DNA of 53,766 nt, taken from IMG/VR virus record IMGVR_UViG_3300018080_000225, positions 1 through 53,766 of that record; one strand, 5' to 3'. Positions within the stretch are counted from its first letter, which is position 1. Every line of letters begins with the position of its first letter. The stretch is from a virus (Duplodnaviria; Caudoviricetes). The translations under genes and the position numbers were made by a program. Shown here piece after piece: positions 38,172-48,096 of the stretch. The notes under the pieces were generated by a model. The model worked only from the letters and a program-made list of their open reading frames with translations. It was not told the DNA's origin and ran no database searches.

Positions 38172-38306
38172 TGCCTATGATTAAATAACCAGGAAATTTT
38201 CGCGCTCTACCCACTGAGCTATATGGTTTGCTAAGCAAACCACAACGGGAATCGAACCCGTGACCTCGTCATTATCAGTGAAGTAACCCGATCAACCGCA
38301 TAGGCA
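38172..38306 (-). ncRNA. YrlA-like Y RNA (circularly permuted tRNA mimic)
   Basis: 5' TGCCTATG pairs with 3' CATAGGCA; GGGTTACTTC; then TCA-CTGATAA-TGA loop, GAGGTC, T-arm ACGGG-TTCGATT-CCCGT, closed acceptor-like hairpin TGTGGTTTGC-TTA-GCAAACCATA, and D-arm TAGCTC-AGTGGGTA-GAGC. Confidence 0.8.
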
Positions 38307-38322
38307 ATTCTTTATTCAACTG

Positions 38323-38667
38323 TCAAATAGCTTCGCAAAATTGGGTCTCAGCTATTGCCAAAACCGCCCTATGTAGGGCATGGTCAACAGGGTTTTCAAG
38401 TGCTTGATCTCGACTTACGATCACGCGCTCTTTTGCCTTGATTAACCAAATCTGACAATTGACAAGCTCATCAACCAAATATGCATCCCATTGGCCTATA
38501 TGACCAATGAATCTATATGGCTCCACTTCCGGTGGATCAAATCGAGGACCAAATACACGGCCACTCAATGTAATTTCACGACGACGGAGCCATTGAATGC
38601 GCTTATGGAGCTTTGTCACACTCTCCTTCATTTTCATCTCCCATTGCCTGTCGAATGCTTCATCCAT
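38323..38667 (-). CDS. Hypothetical protein
   Basis: AAGGAG RBS; 114 aa. Confidence 0.6.
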   Translation of the reverse strand: MDEAFDRQWEMKMKESVTKLHKRIQWLRRREITLSGRVFGPRFDPPEVEPYRFIGHIGQWDAYLVDELVNCQIWLIKAKERVIVSRDQALENPVDHALHRAVLAIAETQFCEAI

Positions 38668-38729
38668 AACTAGATCTCCTTGTTAACCTAGTGGCCTTGT
38701 AACTTTACAAGGCCACCAAGTAACTGGCT

Positions 38730-39872
38730 TTATTCAACGACCGGTGCTTCCGAGGCGTGTTCGGCATTGATCGCATGGACCACTTCCCAGAACTTGTCGG
38801 GATCGTGGGCCTTGGCTTGCTCGATCATGAGCAATTCGTCTTCGAGATCCGGCAACGCGGCTTGTGCCGCCTGATCGCCCAGGGCCGCATCCAATTGTTT
38901 GCCGAGGTAGAAAGACTTGTTCGTCGTCTTGGCGGATTCCAAGATCGGTTTGGTCCAGTGCTTCGACGTTTCTTTTGAACTCGTATTGCCGCGCAATTTG
39001 GCCGCTAAATACTGCTTAGCATCTTCTTCACGCATACCATGCAGTTCTTCGGCCATCTTGAACGTGATATCAACGCCACCTTCGAGGCCACGGACTTTGC
39101 GACGGAATGCCTCTTCTACGCAAGGTGCAGACTCGAAAATGCGTTGGTACTTCTGGAATCGGCCGCGGAACATCGCCATGGCTACGTCTTCCCACGAACG
39201 GCACGTCTGCTTACCCTTGAGCGTGTAGCCCTTTTCGCGCAGTTCCTTGAGAGAAAGATCATATGTCGCACGATCCTTGGCACCAGCCAAACGGTAGTAC
39301 AACCGGGCCAGCATCGAGATCATCGCCTTTTGCGAATACAGACCCTTCTGTCGCATGAGGCGTTTCTGTGAGAGGTAGACCTCGTACTCGTCCAATTCCT
39401 CTTCGGAGCCATGATCCAGCAGGATCGCGAGGCGGTCACGTTCCGTGATCCCGTCATGGCTGACGAACGGCACCTTGTCCTTGAAATGCTCGTTGTAGAA
39501 ATCGGGAGTACGCATTGCGATCTGACGCAACGCCGCTGATCGTAGGAACCCGCATACGCCGATGCGCTTCTCTTCTTCCTTCATGCTCACGAGCCGTGCG
39601 ACAACGAGCGGTGTCCGAATCGCCTTGTCTCGTGTGAGTTCTAGAATCTTGCGTTCCACAGCCGCTTCATAGTTGCCCGTATCGCGAACGTTAAACGCGG
39701 GGTCAAAGTTGAAGTTGTGGATATCATCCAGAAATACGTTGTTCGTATCGATGCCTTCCAAGTGAGCATCATCTTCCGGCGTCCACGGCGCAGGTTCCTT
39801 GAACTCTTCTTTCTTTTTCTTCTTCTGCTCGGTTTCACTTGTACTTGTTACAACTTCTTGCTGGTCACTCAT
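38730..39872 (-). CDS. ParB/Srx-like N-terminal domain protein
   Basis: DPAFNVR, IRTPLVV and GFLRSAA (GxxRxxA) motifs; AAGGAG RBS. Confidence 0.6.
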   Translation of the reverse strand: MSDQQEVVTSTSETEQKKKKKEEFKEPAPWTPEDDAHLEGIDTNNVFLDDIHNFNFDPAFNVRDTGNYEAAVERKILELTRDKAIRTPLVVARLVSMKEEEKRIGVCGFLRSAALRQIAMRTPDFYNEHFKDKVPFVSHDGITERDRLAILLDHGSEEELDEYEVYLSQKRLMRQKGLYSQKAMISMLARLYYRLAGAKDRATYDLSLKELREKGYTLKGKQTCRSWEDVAMAMFRGRFQKYQRIFESAPCVEEAFRRKVRGLEGGVDITFKMAEELHGMREEDAKQYLAAKLRGNTSSKETSKHWTKPILESAKTTNKSFYLGKQLDAALGDQAAQAALPDLEDELLMIEQAKAHDPDKFWEVVHAINAEHASEAPVVE

Positions 39873-39986
39873 GGTCTTGCTCCTTTTGTTCTTTTGGCTT
39901 TGACAGCTACCTAAGTCCGGCTCGGAAATTGTAATCTTACAACCTCCATGCTGCTTATCAGCATTGCCTTGTTCAATTATCTTACT

Positions 39987-40015
39987 ATTATAGCAGATCT
40001 TTTCCCTTATGTCAA
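39987..40015 (-). promoter_or_regulatory. Consensus sigma70 promoter
   Basis: TTGACA-17-TATAAT with TGn. Confidence 0.8.
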
Positions 40016-40336
40016 GTCTCTCGACAATCAGGACAAAGCTCTGTTATTTCGACTGTGTTGAAGGGCTTATCACATTTCTTACAATAGACTGTGATCTCTT
40101 TGAACATAGGCCAAAGAGTCTGTAACACAAACTCTGCACCTTTTACACATTCGGACCTATCTTCATCTGTCCATGTCTTTATTTGATCCCATACACAATT
40201 CAAAAGCATTTGACGGCGTATAGGAACAAGTGCCTTGGGCTTTGGTGCCATTTCAATTGTAACTGTTGCAACATGTTCACCACAAACTTTACAAAATACG
40301 ATGTCTTCTGATTTAACCATGTCTTATTGTCCTTCC

Positions 40337-40365
40337 ATTATAACATATTTCTGAGCTTATGTCAA
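40337..40365 (-). promoter_or_regulatory. Consensus sigma70 promoter
   Basis: TTGACA-17-TATAAT with TGn. Confidence 0.8.
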
Positions 40366-40631
40366 GTCTTCTTTGATTCTTGTAACTGTATCAATTTCAT
40401 TGAGACTTTATATTCTTCGCACTGTTTGATCAACTCCCAAAGGTTCGTGTCAAGTGCTCTAGCAATTCGATAGTATAGTTCAATATTATTGAAAGATACA
40501 CCTCTTTCAATTTGCTCCAAGCGATTGACTGTCATTTTTGCTTTATGAGCTAGAGTACAAGTCCCTATGTTTCTTGCTGATCGTTTGTACCAAATCAGTG
40601 CTCCTAGTCTCCTTGTAAGAGTACAATTCAT
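40362..40631 (-). CDS. XRE-family HTH protein
   Basis: LG..I...R..R.....LA.KA.M....L.QIERG.....RIARALD pattern. Confidence 0.75.
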   Translation of the reverse strand: MNCTLTRRLGALIWYKRSARNIGTCTLAHKAKMTVNRLEQIERGVSFNNIELYYRIARALDTNLWELIKQCEEYKVSMKLIQLQESKKT

Positions 40632-40760
40632 GCAACTTCTCCATCATCACTATACAATGGGGCGGTACACATTGGGCACATCTCTTCTACAGTATTATGT
40701 TCCCAATCAAAACCTGAGATATCTTTTTTGAAAACATGTTCACAATAATAGCATGTGAAC

Positions 40761-40970
40761 TCAATCAGAATATCCATATAACAACTCCGGTGGAATCTTC
40801 CATGACCTAGATTCAATTGCCAAACCTTGTTTTGGTTCTGATCCTATTGTATGTTAATAAGGGGTATTATGTATAGTCATATCATTTTCAAAGAATTCAT
40901 GTAAAAAAGATTCTTCTCGTTGATTTTTAGGAATCAATCGTAATATGTGCTGATGTCTTTCAATCCTCAT
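40761..40970 (-). pseudogene. Small gene with in-frame TAA
   Basis: ATGA-coupled; MRIERHQ...NTPY*HTIGSEP...GYSD*; TAA at 40854-40856. Confidence 0.4.
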
Positions 40971-41944
40971 ACATTTCTCCCAAGCATCCAAGCCACATCT
41001 TTACCTCCTGCCATGATCGTCTCAGTACGATGTTGTGATTCGTCTTCTGACAAATTGATAAAATAGTGTCCACGTTGAACGGCACTCCACATTCGAGTTA
41101 ATCGTTCCCATATGGTTCTTGCGGCTGCTGTATCCCGGCCTAGTCGAAAAGCAGCTACACGCATACGTTTTTCTGGCTTTTTATGCTTGAGATTGCAAGC
41201 CAATTGATCGATGCCTAAGATCCATTCATCGGGATCGAAACTGACATCACCGTCCCCAAGCATCCAAGAATAAATAATCAACTGATCATTCCATAATTGT
41301 TTCAATGGAACACCAATGCCGATATCCATACCTTTGTGTCGAATGGATGTGATTCCTTTATGTGGACCGCTATTAAAGCCAGTGAGATCACGACAACGGA
41401 CATAACCTGCTACTGGACTTGCCTTAGAGCAGTAGCCATTGACCTTCCAGTCAATTATTACTTTTGCCCCTTCATTATTCACGAAATAGCAGTCTGGTTT
41501 TCCCGTCAAGGGGATAGCTATTGTGGCAGACTCTGTGTGAATGGCTTTTTCCATGATAGTACGATTGACAGAGAATTCAAATCGAGGCTCTTCTTGGAAT
41601 CCGGTCAATTCAATTACAAGATCAGCCAAAGCACCTGCTTGCTTGTACCAGTCGAACACTTCCTTACTACGATCAAACACCCACTCACGATTGTGACTTT
41701 CAACGGAGTCCTCGAACAATTGTGTGAATAATTCCTGTTCATTACCTCCGCATAATTCCGCTGTCAGGTAAGCCTTGACCCGAGCATCAAACGCTGAACC
41801 AATACTCATTACTTTCAACTGAGCAGGTCGTGGCGCTCGCATAACATAATTTAAGACGAAAGCCGTGGGATCAGTTTCAAAGGTGTATAGGGACGTTGGG
41901 CTGATCGCCTTCATGCGGCACGGGTACTTCACACTCTTGTTCAT
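40967..41944 (-). CDS. PD-(D/E)XK exonuclease-like protein (RecB/Cas4-like fold)
   Basis: ISPTSL, GSAFD, GKPD, IIDWK and QL.IY motifs. Confidence 0.75.
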   Translation of the reverse strand: MNKSVKYPCRMKAISPTSLYTFETDPTAFVLNYVMRAPRPAQLKVMSIGSAFDARVKAYLTAELCGGNEQELFTQLFEDSVESHNREWVFDRSKEVFDWYKQAGALADLVIELTGFQEEPRFEFSVNRTIMEKAIHTESATIAIPLTGKPDCYFVNNEGAKVIIDWKVNGYCSKASPVAGYVRCRDLTGFNSGPHKGITSIRHKGMDIGIGVPLKQLWNDQLIIYSWMLGDGDVSFDPDEWILGIDQLACNLKHKKPEKRMRVAAFRLGRDTAAARTIWERLTRMWSAVQRGHYFINLSEDESQHRTETIMAGGKDVAWMLGRNV

Positions 41945-42392
41945 TTATAACCTCCAATAACCATTGTAATTCTTCAATTCGTGCATTATAATCGATGACA
42001 CTATGACAATCGTCTGGCAATGCACATTCATCTAAATGACGATCTCGTGATCGTTCAAGTAATTGTATACGCTGTTCAAGTACTTCTTCAATTGACTCGT
42101 CATCGAAATAATTGTTCAATAAAAATTGTAAGATTACAATTTGACCTTGGATTGCTAAGGCTTTGATATGAGCATTGGCTCTGTCATGAGTGGTACGTTT
42201 TATTTTGGTTTGTTCGACCAGTCCAACGATTTTGTTTCTACAAGTTCGTGAAAACACCGCTTAATATCCTCCTGTAATGTACGTGTTATACGCTTACGAT
42301 CATCGTCTATTGCTTTGATAGAACGTGTTTCCCAACCTAGAAGAAAACCTAAGCCAAGCATTCCAAAGGTCTGGATACAATCGACAATGAAT

Positions 42393-42809
42393 TCAATCAT
42401 GATTATCATCCTTTAGGAAATTCATTTCAAATAGACCTTGCCAAAGATCTTCACCACAAGATAAAGGCACACCCATTTCTTGTCCATTGATTGTGATTAT
42501 TTCAGACGTGTGCATTAGACAAAAGATAATGAATTTAGGTGATGCTATGGTGCGAGCAACTAATGCTTTATGCTTAGTTGCATATTCATTTGATAACGTC
42601 CAAACATCAGAAAAATTTCTCAATTTAGTTTGAGCATTTTTATGCCATTGTTCAAGCTCAGTCTATTCTTCGGGCGTAGGAAAGTTGGTATCCTCACAAT
42701 TTCGTGGCTCTATCCAATTAAAACGAATATGAATAGATGTCGGAGTCAATCGTCCTTCGCCTTCAATAACCCAAAATATATGATCTTGGCAAGAAAACTC
42801 AAACCTCAT
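42393..42809 (-). pseudogene. Gene split by an in-frame TAG
   Basis: ATG 42809 (AAGGA RBS) reads MRFEFSC...PTPEE*TELEQW... in frame with ORF 42393-42623; TAG at 42663-42665. Confidence 0.55.
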
Positions 42810-43710
42810 TATGTGCTTTTTCCTTCCGCCACTTAGTCAAAAATAATTCAAGATCTTCAATTGTGTAATTGAGCACTTTAAGTAATTCTTCTCGGGTGAA
42901 AGCCACATATCGCTTTACTTGCCCATTGTCGTCGAAATTATTACCAATTATACCACCAATCGGTGAGTCTTCTTCGTCAACTTCTGCAACCATAATGTTG
43001 CCCATGACAATAAAACCATCCTTGGGGTTACGGATTTCTGTGCCATCTTCGGAGACAATTATCGCATCACGTTGTATTTTCATGGCTATATTGGTCCTAT
43101 CCAACTTGTGTTAACATAGACTACTTTATATTCACCACATTTGATTGCTGCTTCAATATCACACCAATGATTTGTCGTCCATCCACTGCAATATGCTGTA
43201 ACAGGTACTTCACAATCAAAGAGAACACTTAATTCGCCGGTTTTCTGATCTTGATACATACGGGCATTCATAGCCTTAATCCAAGCATAACCCAATGGTC
43301 CTTCTGCTCCTGTGGCTATTAAGTGTAAGATCATTTGGCTTTATGCCTTTCGAGTTCACATTCAAGATTACGTATCTTGCGTTCGGCTGCGGTTAACTGA
43401 TCACGCCAATTCATGATTATGGCTGCTGTGGGAAAATCATCAATTGCATTTGCTAATTCGGTTTCAAGCATATCTTCATCCATTTCATGATGAATGAAAT
43501 CCGAAATACAACGACATAGGTATGCGATTTGATACTTCTGATCTCGCATAATTTTCTCACATAGGGCTCGCATTTTCCGTGCACCATACAATCGACTGGC
43601 CGCTGTTCTTGCTTGCAAACTCTTCTCACCGTATTTCTTGATTGTATAGCGGTGTTCCATTGTAAAACTTGCAAGAAGTTCACGTATTTTTGGGTCAGTA
43701 ATTCTTTTTG

Positions 43711-44106
43711 TCATTCCTCAATGCTCCATCTATTATAACAAATTTTACCACTTATGTCAAGTTGAAAAGGTAACGAAAAAATTGTAACATCTACAAGACC
43801 ATCACCATTTATTGCTTCCATTGCCGCTGTTGACAAGTCAATTACCCGTCCACGAACGAAAGGACCACGATCATTAAGCCTTACAATAATTGCACCTGTC
43901 TCAGCCACAACCAAGTAATAACGATTGAAAGCACCTTCTTTCATGGCACAAGTTAATTTGGTATCATCAAACAATTCACCTGATGCAGTTGGTTTGCCAC
44001 CAAATTCTTGGTTTCGATAATACGATGCCTCACCTTCTGCTACAGGAAAAGGGGCTAATGCTAATAATAAAAGCAAACACATCTTATGTATCCTCACGAG
44101 GTACAC
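43711..44106 (-). CDS. RlpA-like (DPBB) lytic transglycosylase with signal peptide
   Basis: GEASYY, TASGELFD, VRLNDRGPFVRGRVIDLS motifs. Confidence 0.88.
   Translation of the reverse strand: MYLVRIHKMCLLLLLALAPFPVAEGEASYYRNQEFGGKPTASGELFDDTKLTCAMKEGAFNRYYLVVAETGAIIVRLNDRGPFVRGRVIDLSTAAMEAINGDGLVDVTIFSLPFQLDISGKICYNRWSIEE
43732..43760 (-). promoter_or_regulatory. Consensus sigma70 promoter
   Basis: TTGACA-17-TATAAT with TGn. Confidence 0.8.
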
Positions 44107-44295
44107 TCTTAAATAAAGGAGCTACGTGGGCATGTTGTGGGCATAAGGTCCAACAGTCAAATTCATTTTTAGGTACATCTGGATATACGAAAACCCATCC
44201 TTGTTTTTCAACTTTAGACTCTTCTCCAGGAAAATAATCGATTCCATGATTACAGCCAATAAGATCACAAGAAGCGTAATACCCAGTTACCGTTT

Positions 44296-44682
44296 TCATT
44301 TTTCTTCTTTCCTTTGAACTGCATACTCTTCATCAAGCGAGGTTTCTGGTTCTTTGTCTTCGGGCAAAGAGCGTTCTTGAGGTGTAAAAGGTGCATGAAG
44401 TACTCTCGGATTTTCGACAAGTACTTGCACAATACCATGTGCTAAAGCATTGATAAGGTCTTCATCATGTTCAGTGTACCCTGCATTCCGAAGAATCCCA
44501 TGTAAAGTTTCATGCCACAAATTCACAAACTCAATAGGTGGTGCTAGGCCAATATAAAGATCAATTTGTGGTGTGAAGAAATCAATAGTTGCTGGAACAA
44601 AACGACCTTCAAATCGTGGTCGATGTTTCCAACATATTGCATATTCAACTGCACCAATTTTGACTTTGACAGTACTATTCAT
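44296..44682 (-). CDS. HExxH metallopeptidase-like protein
   Basis: LWHETLHGI followed by HDEDLI. Confidence 0.65.
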   Translation of the reverse strand: MNSTVKVKIGAVEYAICWKHRPRFEGRFVPATIDFFTPQIDLYIGLAPPIEFVNLWHETLHGILRNAGYTEHDEDLINALAHGIVQVLVENPRVLHAPFTPQERSLPEDKEPETSLDEEYAVQRKEEK

Positions 44683-45055
44683 TATCTAGTGCTCCTATGT
44701 CTAATGTAGAAAAATCTATTGGGTCTACATAAATAATTGGTCGTTTTAATGCTTTGAACATTTTCTTTTCTTCTGTCACACCTACAGATTCTCGCCAACC
44801 AATCATTGTTAGGATGTGTAATTCACGACAAAATGGGATATACACACTATCGAATTTCTTCCAAAAACCCCATTGTGTCCCTATATCTGGCGCAAATTTT
44901 ATTAGTGCGTGTGTTGTTGTTATTGGGCTGTATATAACTTTGCCTTGTTTGATTAGATGTGTTGCATATTCAGTTACTCGTTTGTAACGCTGATCCCTAA
45001 CATTCGGATTGTCATGAGTATAAGGTACAGCTAGATATGCATCAAGTAATTCCAT
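44675..45055 (-). CDS. DUF1937 / nucleoside deoxyribosyltransferase-like protein
   Basis: YLAVPYTH, YSPI...H, W...D and GW.ES.GV..E motifs; likely start MELLDAY. Confidence 0.75.
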   Translation of the reverse strand: MELLDAYLAVPYTHDNPNVRDQRYKRVTEYATHLIKQGKVIYSPITTTHALIKFAPDIGTQWGFWKKFDSVYIPFCRELHILTMIGWRESVGVTEEKKMFKALKRPIIYVDPIDFSTLDIGALDNE

Positions 45056-45111
45056 TAAGCAACCTTTCTTAATTATGATCGGAGTGACCGAAGCCACTCC
45101 GATCACGAAAA

Positions 45112-45384
45112 CTAGCCTTGGGGCGGTGGTGCATCCCCTTGCGGAGGTGTTGGCGCAGGAAATGGAACCGTGCTTCCAGGGCTAGGGGAACCAGCACTGC
45201 TAGGCCCGGCAGAGCCTTGACCTAATTGCTGCTTCAATTGTTCATTTTCTTTGCGTAACGCATCGTTTTCTTCGAGTGCTTTCTGATAACCGGCAAGTCC
45301 GAGACTTAGCATTTGTGCTTGGTTACCAAGACGCATAACTTCTTGTTGGAAAAGCCCAAAGGCTTCACGAGTGTCAAGTGGCAT
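45112..45384 (-). CDS. Hypothetical coiled-coil protein with Pro-rich tail
   Basis: AGGAGG RBS. Confidence 0.65.
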   Translation of the reverse strand: MPLDTREAFGLFQQEVMRLGNQAQMLSLGLAGYQKALEENDALRKENEQLKQQLGQGSAGPSSAGSPSPGSTVPFPAPTPPQGDAPPPQG

Positions 45385-45393
45385 ATTTACCTC

Positions 45394-46821
45394 CTATGGT
45401 TGTTGTGTTCGGACGCCTTCGACAAAGAACAGTTCTTTCTTTGCTCGGGTAATTGCAACATACTTGAGATTTTGTTCTTGTTTCAATTGCCAATCGCTTG
45501 AGCATCTTGGATGTGGAAGTAATTCTGGACAAATAATGAAAATACGATCACGTTCAAGTCCTTTTGCTTTATGTACTGTTGAGTAAGTGATTCCTAATTC
45601 TTCATCTGTAAAAAGTTCACGTATAGCAGTTTCAATTCCGTCTGGTCCATAGGCTCGAAGTAAGGCTCTGAGAGTGTCAACTTGATCGTGTAGTCGAATG
45701 AGTAAGGCTTCTTTGTCTTTGAGTCGTTCAGCTTGTTGGTATTCGTATGTATCAATGTCTTCTGTTTCTAAAGGCCCATGTTTTGCGAGTTTCTTGTACA
45801 ATTCTAAGATGTCTTTTCCAATATCACGACCTAATACACATGCTTTTCGACCGTTGGCTATCATGGCTAAGGCTTCTTGTACTAATGGGGCTGTTGTTCG
45901 ACAGAGTACGAAATCTTCTTCTTCGATGATCTTACGATAGTCAGGTACATTAACTGTATTAACTGTGCCTTCTTCTTGGAAATCTGCATATTCAATATAT
46001 GGAACTACCTCTTGTGCTTTCCGAACAATGCTTTTTGCGCAACGGAAACAAATAGATAGTGGTAAAGTTTGAGCATTGAAAGCATCGATTACATGTTGCA
46101 TAGCCTCGGGATCAGCGCCTCGAAAACCATAAATGGCTTGTTTGGAATCACCAACTGCGATCACACGCCCTTTGATTCTTTTGACTATTTCAATCTGAAT
46201 TGGGTTCAAGTCCTGGGTTTCGTCAATAAAAACAATGTCGTAGTGCGGGATCGGCAAGCCTCGCACAATAGGCAAGTACAGTTGGTCATCGAAATCAACA
46301 ACCCCTGTCTTCCCGTGACCAATTTGATGTGCTTGAATGGCATACCCAATTCCTTCCATGTCTGTATCAATTTCGTAATGATCGACAAGAAATTCAATAT
46401 CCGGTGTGCTCGGATTATCCATTCCATAGGCTTTGAATAGACTTACTAGCTTAGTTACTGCACCACAATGTTTTCCAAACCGGACACGATCACGTTTGTT
46501 GAGTATCTCAAACCAAAAGATATTCTTGGTTTTATCTACATTGATCTTAACCCGACCCATGTCTTTACGGAGTACCTGCCATCCGAAACTGTTGAGTGTT
46601 GAGACATTAACATGCATTGGTACTTTGTCTTGTAAAGCCGTGACAATGTGTTTATTGAAAGCAAGGAATAACACACTTACATTACGAGGAACACGGTCAA
46701 GCGCCTCTACAATTGTGGATGTTTTGCCTGATCCTGCCACAGCTTCAATTACAATGTGAAAGTCTTCATTTTCTACGGCTGAGAATATATTTTTCTGATG
46801 TTCTGTTGGTTCATGTTTCAT
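45394..46821 (-). CDS. UvrD/Rep-like SF1 helicase
   Basis: AVAGSGKT, LAFN, IDETQD, VGDSKQAIYGFRGA, STVHKAKGLE and YVAITRAK motifs; likely start MKHEPT. Confidence 0.93.
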   Translation of the reverse strand: MKHEPTEHQKNIFSAVENEDFHIVIEAVAGSGKTSTIVEALDRVPRNVSVLFLAFNKHIVTALQDKVPMHVNVSTLNSFGWQVLRKDMGRVKINVDKTKNIFWFEILNKRDRVRFGKHCGAVTKLVSLFKAYGMDNPSTPDIEFLVDHYEIDTDMEGIGYAIQAHQIGHGKTGVVDFDDQLYLPIVRGLPIPHYDIVFIDETQDLNPIQIEIVKRIKGRVIAVGDSKQAIYGFRGADPEAMQHVIDAFNAQTLPLSICFRCAKSIVRKAQEVVPYIEYADFQEEGTVNTVNVPDYRKIIEEEDFVLCRTTAPLVQEALAMIANGRKACVLGRDIGKDILELYKKLAKHGPLETEDIDTYEYQQAERLKDKEALLIRLHDQVDTLRALLRAYGPDGIETAIRELFTDEELGITYSTVHKAKGLERDRIFIICPELLPHPRCSSDWQLKQEQNLKYVAITRAKKELFFVEGVRTQQP

Positions 46822-47638
46822 TGTCTTGTGCCTCCACTGTTTTGGCATCAATATTTCCTACAATACACGGGTTACGATACCCTATCTTAAATGATCCATC
46901 TGGATTACGTTTGTAACGTTCATCTGAGTATACTACCCAGGTTCCTTGTCGAATATGTGCTTTTGGTGCTTTACGAATCTTTGGATGCATAGCTAATACT
47001 GCGACACGATCTATCTTGGCATGTCTGAAGCAACGTGGTTTCATACTCTTGGGTATACCTGGTTTTACGAGATCAGGAAATGCTTGAAGGTAATTCAGAA
47101 TGCCAAATGTATTTTCTGCAAGATAATAACCTAATGGTGTGATCTCTTCTTTAATAGTAATTAGTGGTTTTTCTTTCGGGATAAAGGCTATTAATGTACC
47201 AGCATCAATGTTTCTCCACTGAAGTACTATTGCATCGTTTGCAGGGAATACAAGAACTGGTGGAAGTTGTTTTCCTTGGAAACGATCATGAGGATGCCAT
47301 GCAATCGAAAATATTGGCACATTACCAAATACATTTGCACAATGTTCGACTTTTGTACCTCGAACGAAGTCTACAATCCCTTGTTCGATGAAAAATGTTG
47401 GTCGATCATTCATCATCCAACCATATTCACTTGCTATAAGAATTCGCATACTTACTTGTATATCTTCAATTGAAGGTTTGTCATTTTCTGGATATGCACT
47501 AAATGCTTGTTGAGCAAAACTTTTTGCTACATCCATAATACCTTTTTGTAAATGTTCAGGAGGCAAATTACGCCAAAAAGATTCAGGTGTCTGTTTTGAT
47601 TCGATTGTAGGATCATAAATATGCCACCATAGTTTCAT
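46811..47638 (-). CDS. Hypothetical protein
   Basis: 275 aa; C-terminal RKAPKAHIRQGTW motif. Confidence 0.65.
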   Translation of the reverse strand: MKLWWHIYDPTIESKQTPESFWRNLPPEHLQKGIMDVAKSFAQQAFSAYPENDKPSIEDIQVSMRILIASEYGWMMNDRPTFFIEQGIVDFVRGTKVEHCANVFGNVPIFSIAWHPHDRFQGKQLPPVLVFPANDAIVLQWRNIDAGTLIAFIPKEKPLITIKEEITPLGYYLAENTFGILNYLQAFPDLVKPGIPKSMKPRCFRHAKIDRVAVLAMHPKIRKAPKAHIRQGTWVVYSDERYKRNPDGSFKIGYRNPCIVGNIDAKTVEAQDNET

Positions 47639-48096
47639 AACAACTTTTCTCCTGTATATACATCCCTATAGTCATCATCCCCTATTAAAATAGCCTCACA
47701 ACTATGGCATACACAGCCGATACCATTTAAGCAACGAGAATATTCATTTGGCTTGATTTCTTTCTTGCAACGGCTACAAGTCATAGGTTTTCCTCTACTT
47801 TTTCTCCATGATCCCATACTGATACTCGTGGACTTTTACATGGTGTTTCACGACAAAATTGTAATGCTTCTTCGAGTGTAGGAAACGGCAAAATTTGAAA
47901 CATACTTACAGTCATTAACACTTTTTGTCTATCTATTTGTTTCAATAGAGTCGGATTATATCTACCATAACACAGACGTAATGCTTCGTACTCTTCTTTT
48001 GTGTCCCATAGGCTACCAATAACACAAGCAAAGGGTAGTTGTAACTGATCGAGTACTTTTTCAGCCTCTATTGTTACATGATCCCAATTACTCATC

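Noticed and set aside
38195-38280. Canonical tRNA-Ile gene
   Set aside because: The arms are in permuted order, the acceptor stem is closed by a loop, and no full anticodon stem forms.
37787-38308. CRISPR array or att-site duplication
   Set aside because: Only two 87-bp copies with tRNA-like structure, no repeat-spacer periodicity, no cas or integrase gene seen, and phage-like genes continue on both sides.
40967-41944. Cas4 of a CRISPR system
   Set aside because: No four-Cys Fe-S pattern and no cas context; a phage PD-(D/E)XK exonuclease is more likely.
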